Shown here piece after piece: positions 20,081 to 28,656 of a stretch of DNA of 64,000 bases. Each line of letters begins with the position of its first letter. The first letter of the stretch is position 1. Location: the IMG/VR virus record IMGVR_UViG_3300042914_002678; one strand, 5' to 3'. This DNA comes from a virus (taxonomy: Duplodnaviria; Caudoviricetes). The notes under the pieces were generated by a model, which was given only the letters and a program-made list of their open reading frames with translations, did no database searches and was not told the DNA's origin. The position numbers were made by a program, and so were the translations under genes.

Positions 20081-21148
20081 ATGAATTCAAAAGAATATAA
20101 AAATATATTGGAAGCATACCAAAGTATTTACGAGCAGATTGGAATTCCTATTCCTCCTGGAAAAACTGCCAAGGATGTTTTAACCCCTTTAATTAAATCT
20201 CATGGTGGTGGTAAAGTTGTTGAACCTAAAAAACCAACATTGCAAAATGCACATTATCAGTTTGAAGATGGTGAAGAGTTAACTGAAAATCCTTTATCAA
20301 CATTAGATAGAATTGGAAGATCTGCAGCTCAAACTGTTGGTAGTGAGATTGGTAGGAGACAGGGACAGAAAACTGAAATTCCTGGTGGGGGGGTAATAGG
20401 TGGTTTAGTTGGTAGTAATAAAGGTGGACAGATGTATGATAAAGCGACAGCACCATTGAGGAAAATTCCTGGATTCAACAAAGGGGGAACAGTTAAATCT
20501 GAAGATGTTGAAAATGATATCTTTAACTGTCTTGTAGAATATTTGATTTCTGAAGGATATGCTGATAATGAAAACAGCGCCTCAGTAATTATCTGCAATA
20601 TGGGTGAAACTTGGAGAACTAGTGTTCTTGAAGAATTGATTGTTGAAAATGCTTTGCAGGATGTTGGAAGAAATATTGGCAATGCTGCAAAGATGTTTAG
20701 AATGATGACTGGTATTGAAAAAATCCCTCAAAAAGCACCTAGTGGACCTGCTAATTTGACTAAAATTGCTACACAAGGACCTTCAAAGCAAACTCCTCCT
20801 AAACAAACATTTAAAATTGGTACACCACCCAAACCAAATCAAACAGGTCAATATAATTTAATGAGAACTGTTCAATCTAATACTTCATTAAGACCCAAAA
20901 ATCCAGGTATTTCAATTCCTGGAAGATTGGGTGCTGCAGCTGCTGGATTACAGGCATATAATACTGGAGATTCAACACTTAAGTCTGCTTTGAAAAGAGG
21001 TGATTATAAACCACAACAAGGTCCAAAAAATCCAGACCAGGGATTGAATAAAGCACAATCTTTTGATAAAGCTTTTAAACAAGCTAGATCTTCAGGAGAA
21101 AAAGAATTTACCTGGAACAATAAAAAATATAATACAAAAATTAAATAA
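20081..21148 (+). CDS. Modular protein of the EGYA-module family
   Basis: NILEAYQSIY, LQNAHY, YLISEGYADNENSASVIICNMGETW; TATAAATA 20048-20055. Confidence 0.8.
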   Translation: MNSKEYKNILEAYQSIYEQIGIPIPPGKTAKDVLTPLIKSHGGGKVVEPKKPTLQNAHYQFEDGEELTENPLSTLDRIGRSAAQTVGSEIGRRQGQKTEIPGGGVIGGLVGSNKGGQMYDKATAPLRKIPGFNKGGTVKSEDVENDIFNCLVEYLISEGYADNENSASVIICNMGETWRTSVLEELIVENALQDVGRNIGNAAKMFRMMTGIEKIPQKAPSGPANLTKIATQGPSKQTPPKQTFKIGTPPKPNQTGQYNLMRTVQSNTSLRPKNPGISIPGRLGAAAAGLQAYNTGDSTLKSALKRGDYKPQQGPKNPDQGLNKAQSFDKAFKQARSSGEKEFTWNNKKYNTKIK

Positions 21149-21171
21149 ATAAATAAAAAACTATTAATAAA

Positions 21172-21804
21172 ATGGAAGCAGGAAAAATTATAGATTTGAT
21201 GGAGTCTTATGCATCCATCTATACCAATATTTTCGAATCCCACTTCAAGGTTGGTGATGAAGTTGTCTGTAAGGCAAGTGGAATGGAAGGTGAAATCGTA
21301 AAGGTCGATCCAGAAGGTAAGGGTAAATATTATACCGTCAAGCGTGAAGATGGTAAAACAATGAAGTATGCTCCTGACGAGTTAAAACTTGATAAGGAGG
21401 AAGAAAAAGGTGAAAAGGATGAAGAAGGTGCAAGTAAAGAAAAGGAAGGCGAGTTTCACGACAAGTTAGATAAAATGGTTCATAAAACTTTTGGTAAAAG
21501 ACCAGAAGAAAAGAAAATGAAGGAAGACTTTGATATTTTTGACACGATTCTTGAGCACCTAGTTGCTGAAGGTTATGCTGATACAAATGAGGCAGCTCTT
21601 GCTATTATGGCGAATATGAGTGAAGATTGGAGAAACGATATTCTTGAAGAAACAAAAAGAACTGAATATCTCCAAAAAAAGTTTAATAAAGAAAACGAAA
21701 GAAAATCTGGTTCTGCTCTTAAGCATATTCCTGGAAAACAAAATACTGGACAGGCATTACAAAAGGCTAGAGAATCTGAAGGACATATGCGTGGTGAGCG
21801 TTGA
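21172..21804 (+). CDS. Modular protein of the EGYA-module family with an SH3/Tudor-like cargo
   Basis: DLMESYASIY, FKVGDEVVCKASGMEGEIVKV..., HLVAEGYADTNEAALAIMANMSEDW. Confidence 0.8.
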   Translation: MEAGKIIDLMESYASIYTNIFESHFKVGDEVVCKASGMEGEIVKVDPEGKGKYYTVKREDGKTMKYAPDELKLDKEEEKGEKDEEGASKEKEGEFHDKLDKMVHKTFGKRPEEKKMKEDFDIFDTILEHLVAEGYADTNEAALAIMANMSEDWRNDILEETKRTEYLQKKFNKENERKSGSALKHIPGKQNTGQALQKARESEGHMRGER

Positions 21805-21861
21805 GTCCACTTTTCAAACTGGCACACAAGAGGGTCTTAGCACCCTCTTTTTTTGTATGAT
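21805..21861 (+). promoter_or_regulatory. Early-promoter element: AACTGGCACA motif, stem-loop, -10 box
   Basis: gtccacttttcaaactggcaca, gagggt/accctc hairpin, TATGAT 21856-21861. Confidence 0.7.
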
Positions 21862-21883
21862 GGTTTCATAAGAAATCAAACCT

Positions 21884-24034
21884 ATGACTGTCCGCCACGA
21901 AATCAAATCTCAACTTGCCAAGTTGCTTGCCACGGAAGATCTGGTGGTTGAGCACAAGAAGGTAGAGACTGCTCAATTCAACGTTCACACCCGTGTGCTC
22001 ACGCTTCCTATGTGGGAGAAGGCAAGCAACACTGTATACGATCTCCTGGTGGGGCATGAGGTGGGACACGCTCTTTATACGCCAGATGAAGATTGGACCG
22101 TAAACGTAAAGGTTCCTCCACAGTTTGTGAATATTGTGGAAGATGCCCGTATTGAGAAGATGATGAAGCGCCGTTATCCTGGTCTTGCCAAGACCTTCTT
22201 CAACGGATACAAAGAACTTGCTGACGATGATTTCTTCCAAATTGGCGATGATAATCTTGAAACTTATAACCTTGCTGATCGTGCTAATCTGTTGTTCAAG
22301 ATTGGAAACTATATCGATATTCCGATTGAGTGTGGTGAAGAGACTGAAATTGTCAATCTGATTGGTGATAGTGAAACTTTTGCAGATGTTTTGATTGCTT
22401 CGGAGGCACTTTATAAGTATTGTAAGCAGAAGCAACAGGAAGAAACTAAGGTTCAAATTGATAATCTTGAGACTCAATCTTCTGGTGCAAATCAGCAACC
22501 TGCATCCGATTTCTTTGATCAAGAGGAAGGTGAGAATGATCAACCTGAATCTGAAGGTTCTGAAGGATTATCCTCCAACCAAGACTCTTCTCAACCAGAA
22601 CAAAAATCTTCTCAATCTAATGAAGGTGGTGAAGATAGTGAACCTGAAGTGAAAACTATGGACAAACTTGAGGAAGCACTCAAGGAACTGGTTAATGCTG
22701 ATGGTTATGAGAATGTATACCTTGAACTTCCTAAACTTGATTTGGATAAGGTAATTGTTCCTAATTCTGAAATTCATGCAAGGTGTAAGGAAACTTGGGA
22801 TACGTATCTTACTAATTGTGGATATACTCACCAAGAAATCTTTGGTGAAGTTGATAAGCAGTTTGTAGAGTTCAAGCGTTCTGCTCAAAAGGAAGTCAAC
22901 TATTTGGTGAAAGAGTTTGAGTGCCGTAAGGCAGCAGATTCCTATGCCCGTGCTTCTACTGCCCGCACAGGTGTTTTGGACTGCTCTAAACTTCATACCT
23001 ACAAATATAATGAAGATATTTTCCGCAAGGTGACAACTCTTGCAGATGGTAAGAATCATGGACTTGTATTTGTTCTGGACTGGTCTGGTTCTATGAGTGA
23101 TGTGATGCTTGATACTGTTAAGCAACTCTTTAATTTGATTTGGTTCTGTAAAAAGGTAAGCATTCCTTTTGAGGTTTATGCCTTTACTACGGATTATCCT
23201 GTGATTAAATATGATCATAATAAGGCAAATCTTCGCCAACTTTCTTATAAAAAAAAGGACGGTCTTATTCAAGTTGGAGAATGGTTCTCTATGATGAATC
23301 TTTTTACCAGTAAAGTAAATACCAAGACTCTTGAGGAGCAAATGAAGAATATCTTCCGTCTTGCTGCTTCATTTAACTGTAGGAATTATTCTCGTTATAC
23401 TGTTCCTGTTGGTATGAGTCTTTCTGGAACTCCTCTGAATGAGGCTTTGATTTCTTTACACCAAATTCTGCCTAAATTCCAAACAGAGAATAAACTTCAG
23501 AAGGTTCAGTGTGTTGTTTTGACTGATGGTGAAGCATGTGCGGTTAAGTATCACCGCGAAATTAATCGCCACTGGGAAAACGAACCTTTTATGGGAACTT
23601 CACATATCGGTTCAAATGCTTTCCTTCGGGATCGTAAAACAGGTAATACGTATTCTTTTGATTGTGAATGGCATGAATTTACTGATGTTCTTCTTCACAA
23701 TTTGAGGGATTGTTTTACTAACATTAATTTTATTGGTATTCGTGTACTTGAGTCTCGTGATGCTGGTTCCTTTATTCGTCTCTATTGTGGATATTATGGT
23801 GATGAATACGATAAAGTAATGGGTGCTTGGAAAAAACAAAAGGCATTTACGATTAAAAAATCTGGATATCATTCATACTTTGGATTTTCTTCCAGTATTC
23901 TTTCGCAAGATTCTGCGTTTGATGTTGCAGAAGACGCCACTAAATCTCAAATTAAGAATGCATTTGTGAAAAGTCTCAAGACTAAAAAAATGAATAAGCG
24001 CATTCTTGGTGAGTTTGTGGAACTTGTTGCATAA
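21884..24034 (+). CDS. HExxH metallopeptidase-like / vWA domain protein (CobT-like partner of the AAA+ ATPase)
   Basis: HEVGH and NIVEDARIE, acidic linker, MIDAS FVLDWSGSM, SGTPL, VVLTDGE. Confidence 0.88.
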   Translation: MTVRHEIKSQLAKLLATEDLVVEHKKVETAQFNVHTRVLTLPMWEKASNTVYDLLVGHEVGHALYTPDEDWTVNVKVPPQFVNIVEDARIEKMMKRRYPGLAKTFFNGYKELADDDFFQIGDDNLETYNLADRANLLFKIGNYIDIPIECGEETEIVNLIGDSETFADVLIASEALYKYCKQKQQEETKVQIDNLETQSSGANQQPASDFFDQEEGENDQPESEGSEGLSSNQDSSQPEQKSSQSNEGGEDSEPEVKTMDKLEEALKELVNADGYENVYLELPKLDLDKVIVPNSEIHARCKETWDTYLTNCGYTHQEIFGEVDKQFVEFKRSAQKEVNYLVKEFECRKAADSYARASTARTGVLDCSKLHTYKYNEDIFRKVTTLADGKNHGLVFVLDWSGSMSDVMLDTVKQLFNLIWFCKKVSIPFEVYAFTTDYPVIKYDHNKANLRQLSYKKKDGLIQVGEWFSMMNLFTSKVNTKTLEEQMKNIFRLAASFNCRNYSRYTVPVGMSLSGTPLNEALISLHQILPKFQTENKLQKVQCVVLTDGEACAVKYHREINRHWENEPFMGTSHIGSNAFLRDRKTGNTYSFDCEWHEFTDVLLHNLRDCFTNINFIGIRVLESRDAGSFIRLYCGYYGDEYDKVMGAWKKQKAFTIKKSGYHSYFGFSSSILSQDSAFDVAEDATKSQIKNAFVKSLKTKKMNKRILGEFVELVA

Positions 24035-24063
24035 TAAATATTTCTAGAATTCTATTAATATTA

Positions 24064-24216
24064 ATGAGTAGATTTACCGATTTATTCCAAGAACCAGTAC
24101 CAGCACCAGCACCAGAACCAGAACCAACTCCAGAATCTGTAAAGGTTGAAGAGAATATAGTTGATAAACCACTAGTTGCACCAAAACCTATCAAGAAAAA
24201 ATTCACTATGAATTGA
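24064..24216 (+). CDS. Small Pro-rich protein (50 aa)
   Basis: Read by hand: MSRFTDLFQEPVPAPAPEPEPTPE...; upstream ATAAATA. Confidence 0.55.
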   Translation: MSRFTDLFQEPVPAPAPEPEPTPESVKVEENIVDKPLVAPKPIKKKFTMN

Positions 24217-24217
24217 T

Positions 24218-24275
24218 GGACAATTTTTGAACTGGCACAGGGGGCACTACGCTGCCCCCTTTTTGCTTGTATAAT
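24218..24275 (+). promoter_or_regulatory. Early-promoter element (second intact copy)
   Basis: ggacaatttttgaactggcaca, gggggca/tgccccc hairpin, TATAAT 24270-24275. Confidence 0.7.
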
Positions 24276-24307
24276 TACTTTGTTGAAACAAACCACCTAA
24301 CTACATC

Positions 24308-25444
24308 ATGCCTCGCAAACTTCCTGTGACTGACGCACAACTGATTGAATCTCTGCAGAATCTGTATGGACCAGAAATTACTTCTGGCGATCTCCGAGGT
24401 TTTTGTGCTTATCGCAATCTTAACTATCAGACTATTTCTAATAAACTTGCACAATACAAAACTGATCGTGGTCGCTGGAATCTGGAAGTGACTCAAGAAC
24501 GTGTTGAAGAGATTGAGCGTTCTTATAGTGCTCCTGCTGTTTTGCCCACATCTGAACAAAACCTCATTCCTGATAAAGATGATACCTTCGTCAAGTTTGG
24601 TAATTTTAACGATATTAAGAAAATTATTCAGTCCAATATTTTTTACCCTGCGTTCATTACGGGTCTTTCGGGTAATGGTAAAACGTTTTCGGTGGAGCAA
24701 GCTTGTGCTCAATTGAAGCGTGAAATGATCCGTGTAAATATTACGATTGAAACCGATGAAGACGACCTTATTGGTGGGTTTCGCCTTGTGGATGGTGCCA
24801 CTGTTTGGCATAATGGTCCTGTTGTCGAAGCACTCCAACGTGGAGCGATCTTGCTCCTTGACGAGATTGATCTTGCCTCCAACAAAATCCTTTGCCTACA
24901 ATCCGTGCTAGAAGGTAAAGGTGTTTTCCTGAAGAAGATCGGACAATATGTGAAACCTGCTGCTGGTTTCAACGTGATTGCCACTGCAAACACCAAGGGT
25001 AAGGGTTCTGATGATGGTCGCTTTATCGGCACCAATGTGCTCAACGAAGCATTCCTTGAGCGTTTCCCTGTGACCTTTGAGCAGTCCTATCCTGCCCCTG
25101 CAACCGAGCAGAAGATCCTGGAAGGAGTTTCTCTGGATCTTGGCTTGGAAGACCGTGACTTCTGCAAACGCCTTGTGGACTGGGCAGACATCATCCGTAA
25201 GACCTTCTATGACGGTGGTATTGAGGAAATCATTAGCACTCGTCGCCTTGTCCACATTATCCGTGCCTACAGCATCTTCAACGATAAGGCAAAGGCAATT
25301 CAAGTTTGCATTAATCGTTTTGATGATGAAACTAAGCAGTCTTTCTTGGAACTGTATGATAAAGTTGACGTAGATTTTCAAATGCCTTCTGAAGAATCCG
25401 CTGACACATTCCACTCTGTTGACCAGCAACCCGCTCCTTTCTGA
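24308..25444 (+). CDS. cobS: CobS-like / MoxR-type AAA+ ATPase
   Basis: GLSGNGKT, DEDDLIGG, LLLDEID, ATANTKG, NEAFLERF. Confidence 0.92.
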   Translation: MPRKLPVTDAQLIESLQNLYGPEITSGDLRGFCAYRNLNYQTISNKLAQYKTDRGRWNLEVTQERVEEIERSYSAPAVLPTSEQNLIPDKDDTFVKFGNFNDIKKIIQSNIFYPAFITGLSGNGKTFSVEQACAQLKREMIRVNITIETDEDDLIGGFRLVDGATVWHNGPVVEALQRGAILLLDEIDLASNKILCLQSVLEGKGVFLKKIGQYVKPAAGFNVIATANTKGKGSDDGRFIGTNVLNEAFLERFPVTFEQSYPAPATEQKILEGVSLDLGLEDRDFCKRLVDWADIIRKTFYDGGIEEIISTRRLVHIIRAYSIFNDKAKAIQVCINRFDDETKQSFLELYDKVDVDFQMPSEESADTFHSVDQQPAPF

Positions 25445-25450
25445 TATAAA

Positions 25451-26071
25451 ATGAACTTGTGGAAAAATTACAAAAACTTTCTTTTTGAAACATTTCCAGA
25501 TTTGCAATTAGATTGTAATTGGGCAAACTGGACTGGTGATGGTATTAACCTAGAAGCTTCTATCCATACCAATCCATACATTCTCAAATCTCGTTCTGTT
25601 GAAATCTGGAATGAAAAAACCTGTATTTACAACAACATCATTTATCCAAGAACTGGTAGTGATCTTCCATGTTTCGGAATGGATTTAATGTGTTTCTTCC
25701 CAAAGAAAGTTGTAATCACCTTTGATTTTCAACATCCCAGAGATAACTATCTTTTTTCTGTTGATGAACTTCCAAAGTGTGAAGGTGGAATTAGGTTTTT
25801 TGAACCTGGAAATCACTTCTCGGAAAATCTTTTTGTTAGAAAATGTACTTCTGACGAGGTTGATGACTACCTTGATATGTTTAAAAGGTACTTGACTATT
25901 TACAAAAATATGATAGAATCTAAGAAACCCTTAGGATTAGACTTTTCCTCTTATTGTTCTTTTGACAAATATATGAAAGAACTTGATCCAGTTGCTGGTT
26001 ATCTTTCTAGTAAATTTGGAAAAGAAAAGTCCGAAAGTCTTGTAAACGATTTTCTTTTCTGTTATGGTTAA
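25451..26071 (+). CDS. pebS: Phycoerythrobilin synthase (ferredoxin-dependent bilin reductase)
   Basis: LFETFP, YPRTGSDLPCFGMDLM, FDFQHPR, GNHFS, ELDPV, VNDFLF match phage PebS as I recall it, including both catalytic Asp motifs. Confidence 0.9.
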   Translation: MNLWKNYKNFLFETFPDLQLDCNWANWTGDGINLEASIHTNPYILKSRSVEIWNEKTCIYNNIIYPRTGSDLPCFGMDLMCFFPKKVVITFDFQHPRDNYLFSVDELPKCEGGIRFFEPGNHFSENLFVRKCTSDEVDDYLDMFKRYLTIYKNMIESKKPLGLDFSSYCSFDKYMKELDPVAGYLSSKFGKEKSESLVNDFLFCYG

Positions 26072-26621
26072 TTCCTGGTCCTTACTTTACGATGAATTAA
26101 AAATGTCTGAAAACTTTGAAAGCACTTACAAAGATTCAATTCCAAAATCCAAAGACTATACAGTTCTTGGTGGATCAAATTCTTCTGATACAATTTCTTT
26201 TGCAGGGTCTCGTCTCCCTGGTGGAATGTATGATTATTCTCAAGATTTTTGGGATTATGACGGCATCAGTCTGACTGGAAATCCTTATTCTGCACCCGAT
26301 ACTATTACTTTTAATTTGTCTATGACTGAAGATACAAACAAAAATGGTTTCTGGAAATACAACGAAGACAAAATTCTGAAACAACTTGAAGAGTATATTG
26401 CAAGCACTTATCGCCAGCATTATGTTGATCGTACTGGTGGCGGAAAAGAGCAAACTCTTGATAAGATTAAACACAATCGCCGTGAAGGATTCTGTGCTGG
26501 TAATGTAACCAAGTATATTGATCGTTATGATACTAAAGGCACTCCTCGTGCAGATCTTTTTAAGGTTCTTCATTATACGATTCTTTTGATCAATCATCTG
26601 AATCTTATTGAAAATAAGTGA
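26064..26621 (+). CDS. DUF3310-like protein, conserved upstream of gp45
   Basis: KYNEDKIL, STYRQHY, GFCAGNVTKYIDRY, DLFKVLHY; the start may lie downstream. Confidence 0.7.
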   Translation: MVNSWSLLYDELKMSENFESTYKDSIPKSKDYTVLGGSNSSDTISFAGSRLPGGMYDYSQDFWDYDGISLTGNPYSAPDTITFNLSMTEDTNKNGFWKYNEDKILKQLEEYIASTYRQHYVDRTGGGKEQTLDKIKHNRREGFCAGNVTKYIDRYDTKGTPRADLFKVLHYTILLINHLNLIENK

Positions 26622-26638
26622 AACTGCAAAACAAAACT

Positions 26639-27304
26639 ATGAAACTTTCTGATAATACTCTGACCATTCTCAAGAATTTTGCCAGCATCAATAATTCTAT
26701 TCTTGTAAAACAAGGAACTCGCCTCCGCACTATTTCTGTTGCCAAGAACATTCTTGCAGAAGCAGATATTACTGAAGAGTTTCCCCGTGATTTTGCTGTT
26801 TATGATCTCAATCAATTTCTGAATGGTTTGAGTCTTCATCAAGATCCTGATCTTGATTTTACAGAACAATCTTATTTGAGTATTAAAGAGGGGAAGCGTA
26901 GGGTTAAGTATTTCTATGCTGATCCGAATGTAATTATTTCTCCTCCCGAAAAAGAAATTCAACTTCCTTCAAAAGATGTTTGTTTTCAATTGGATAGTAC
27001 TTCTTTAGAAAAACTTGTTAAAGCTGCAGCAGTATACCAACTTCCCGATTTTTCTGCTGTGGGAGAAAATGGAGTAATTAAATTAGTAGTTCGTGATAAG
27101 AAGAATGATACTTCTAACGAATATGCTATTGTTGTTGGGGAAACTGATGATGAGTTTACATTCAACTTTAAAGTAGAGAATATTAAAATTATTCCTGGTG
27201 CCTACGACGTGGTTGTGTCTTCTAAACTTTTGTCACAATTCACCAACCAAAAGTATAACCTTTCTTATTGGATTGCTCTGGAACCTGATTCTACTTTTGG
27301 ATGA
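26639..27304 (+). CDS. gp45: Sliding clamp
   Basis: MKLSDNTLTILKNFASIN, FAVYDLNQFL, YWIALEPDS. Confidence 0.96.
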   Translation: MKLSDNTLTILKNFASINNSILVKQGTRLRTISVAKNILAEADITEEFPRDFAVYDLNQFLNGLSLHQDPDLDFTEQSYLSIKEGKRRVKYFYADPNVIISPPEKEIQLPSKDVCFQLDSTSLEKLVKAAAVYQLPDFSAVGENGVIKLVVRDKKNDTSNEYAIVVGETDDEFTFNFKVENIKIIPGAYDVVVSSKLLSQFTNQKYNLSYWIALEPDSTFG

Positions 27305-27310
27305 GTGTAG

Positions 27311-27355
27311 TTTTATGAATATCTTTTATAAATAAAATAAAAGATATTCATAAAA
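27311..27355 (+). promoter_or_regulatory. Perfect inverted repeat carrying a late promoter at its apex
   Basis: ttttatgaatatctttta / taaaagatattcataaaa; TATAAATA 27327-27334. Confidence 0.85.
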
Positions 27356-27873
27356 TGAAAACATTCTTTTGTCACAAATGCTCTTCTGACATCATAGAAA
27401 CTGATTGGTATTATTCAATTAGAGGTCGTGATGGTATGTGTAAATCTTGTAGAAAAAACTACAGGAAAAAGGAAAAAAGAGAACATACTAAAAAATATGT
27501 CTCTGAAAGAAAAGAGCATTACCAGCATTTGATGTCTGAATGGAGAAAAAACAATCCCGATTATCAAAAGAAATGGACTAAAAAATGCCCAGAAAGTCAG
27601 TTGTTAAGAAGTGCAAGACAAAGAGCAAAGCAAAAAAATATGGAATGTACAATCACTCAAAATGACATTCACATTCCAGAATTATGTCCAGTATTTAAAG
27701 TTCCTCTTGTAAAAGGAACAGAGTATGCACCTTCTCTTGATAGAATTGATAATACAAAAGGATATATTCCCAAAAATATTGTGGTTGTATCAAGAAAAGC
27801 AAATGTTATGAAAAATAACGGTTCTGTAAAGGACTTACAAATGCTTGTAGAATATTATTCACAGTTGAGTTGA
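27355..27873 (+). mobile_element. Free-standing HNH-type homing endonuclease
   Basis: N-terminal CxxC pairs; CPVF, APSLDRIDNTKGYIPKNIVVVSRKANVMKN. Confidence 0.8.
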
Positions 27874-27883
27874 GGAACCTCCC

Positions 27884-28393
27884 ATCAATATTTTTGTTAC
27901 TTCCCCATTTCCTGCAGAGAGTGCCATATGCCTTCCTGATAAGCACATTGTCAAAATGCCATTGGAGTGCTGCCAAATGCTCTCTATTGTTGCTTCAAAG
28001 TGGTATCATAACTACGGAACTCTCCCCAAGACAGACGGTACTCCCTACAGCACAGAGAAAGGTGCCTTCCGCAATCACCCCTGCACCAAGTGGGCATCAA
28101 GCACTATTGATAATGCTTACTGGTTAATCAAGTGGGGGATGAACTTGTGTGATGAATATACCTTAAGGTATGGTAAAGTCCATTCGTGCTATAATACTCT
28201 TGTGGATGCATACTATTTGTTTCCTAAAGGTAAGATTACAGAAGTAACACCTTTTGCCCGTGCTATGCCTGAGGAATGGAAGACTGACAATACTATTGAT
28301 ACATTTGAAGCATACAAGAGGTATATCGCGTCCAAACCTTGGGTGAAGGATAACTATCTACGTATGCCCGAACGAAAACCTGATTGGATTTAA
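27884..28393 (+). CDS. Pyrimidine-dimer DNA glycosylase (DenV-like family); apparent ATC start
   Basis: In-frame (I)NIFVTSPFPAESAICLPDKHIVKMPLECCQML, FRNHPCTKW; GAGG 8 nt upstream of the ATC. Confidence 0.75.
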   Translation: MNIFVTSPFPAESAICLPDKHIVKMPLECCQMLSIVASKWYHNYGTLPKTDGTPYSTEKGAFRNHPCTKWASSTIDNAYWLIKWGMNLCDEYTLRYGKVHSCYNTLVDAYYLFPKGKITEVTPFARAMPEEWKTDNTIDTFEAYKRYIASKPWVKDNYLRMPERKPDWI

Positions 28394-28596
28394 TTATGAA
28401 AGTTTATGACTACCGAATTGTAGAAGACATCAATTTAAAAACTTTGAAACCTCATTTTCTAATTCAATATTATCATCTTACTGAAAAAAAATATCATCTT
28501 TATTCAAATGATACATTTCAAACACTTCAAGAAGCACAAGAAGCAATACGACTAATTAGGAAATACAAAGAACCTTTCTATTATTATGTGGAGTAA
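28384..28596 (+). CDS. Hypothetical protein
   Basis: ORF fills the gap between neighbours; the start may be MKVYDY. Confidence 0.55.
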   Translation: MDLIMKVYDYRIVEDINLKTLKPHFLIQYYHLTEKKYHLYSNDTFQTLQEAQEAIRLIRKYKEPFYYYVE

Positions 28597-28656
28597 TTAT
28601 TCCAAACTACACCAAATGTCGTTTGGTTATAAATAATAATAGTTATTACTCTTCTA

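Noticed and set aside
22568-23341. 257-aa minus-strand ORF
   Set aside because: Antisense shadow of the vWA gene with no motifs or RBS. The same applies to the many antisense ORFs over gp18, gp22, gp23, cobS, nrdA and other core genes.
24095-24135. ccagca/ccagaa hexamer repeats
   Set aside because: They encode a PAPAPEPEP linker in a small ORF; this is ordinary low complexity.
24308-25444. Cobalamin biosynthesis pathway
   Set aside because: No cobN or other cob genes are in the window; a generic MoxR/vWA function is at least as likely.
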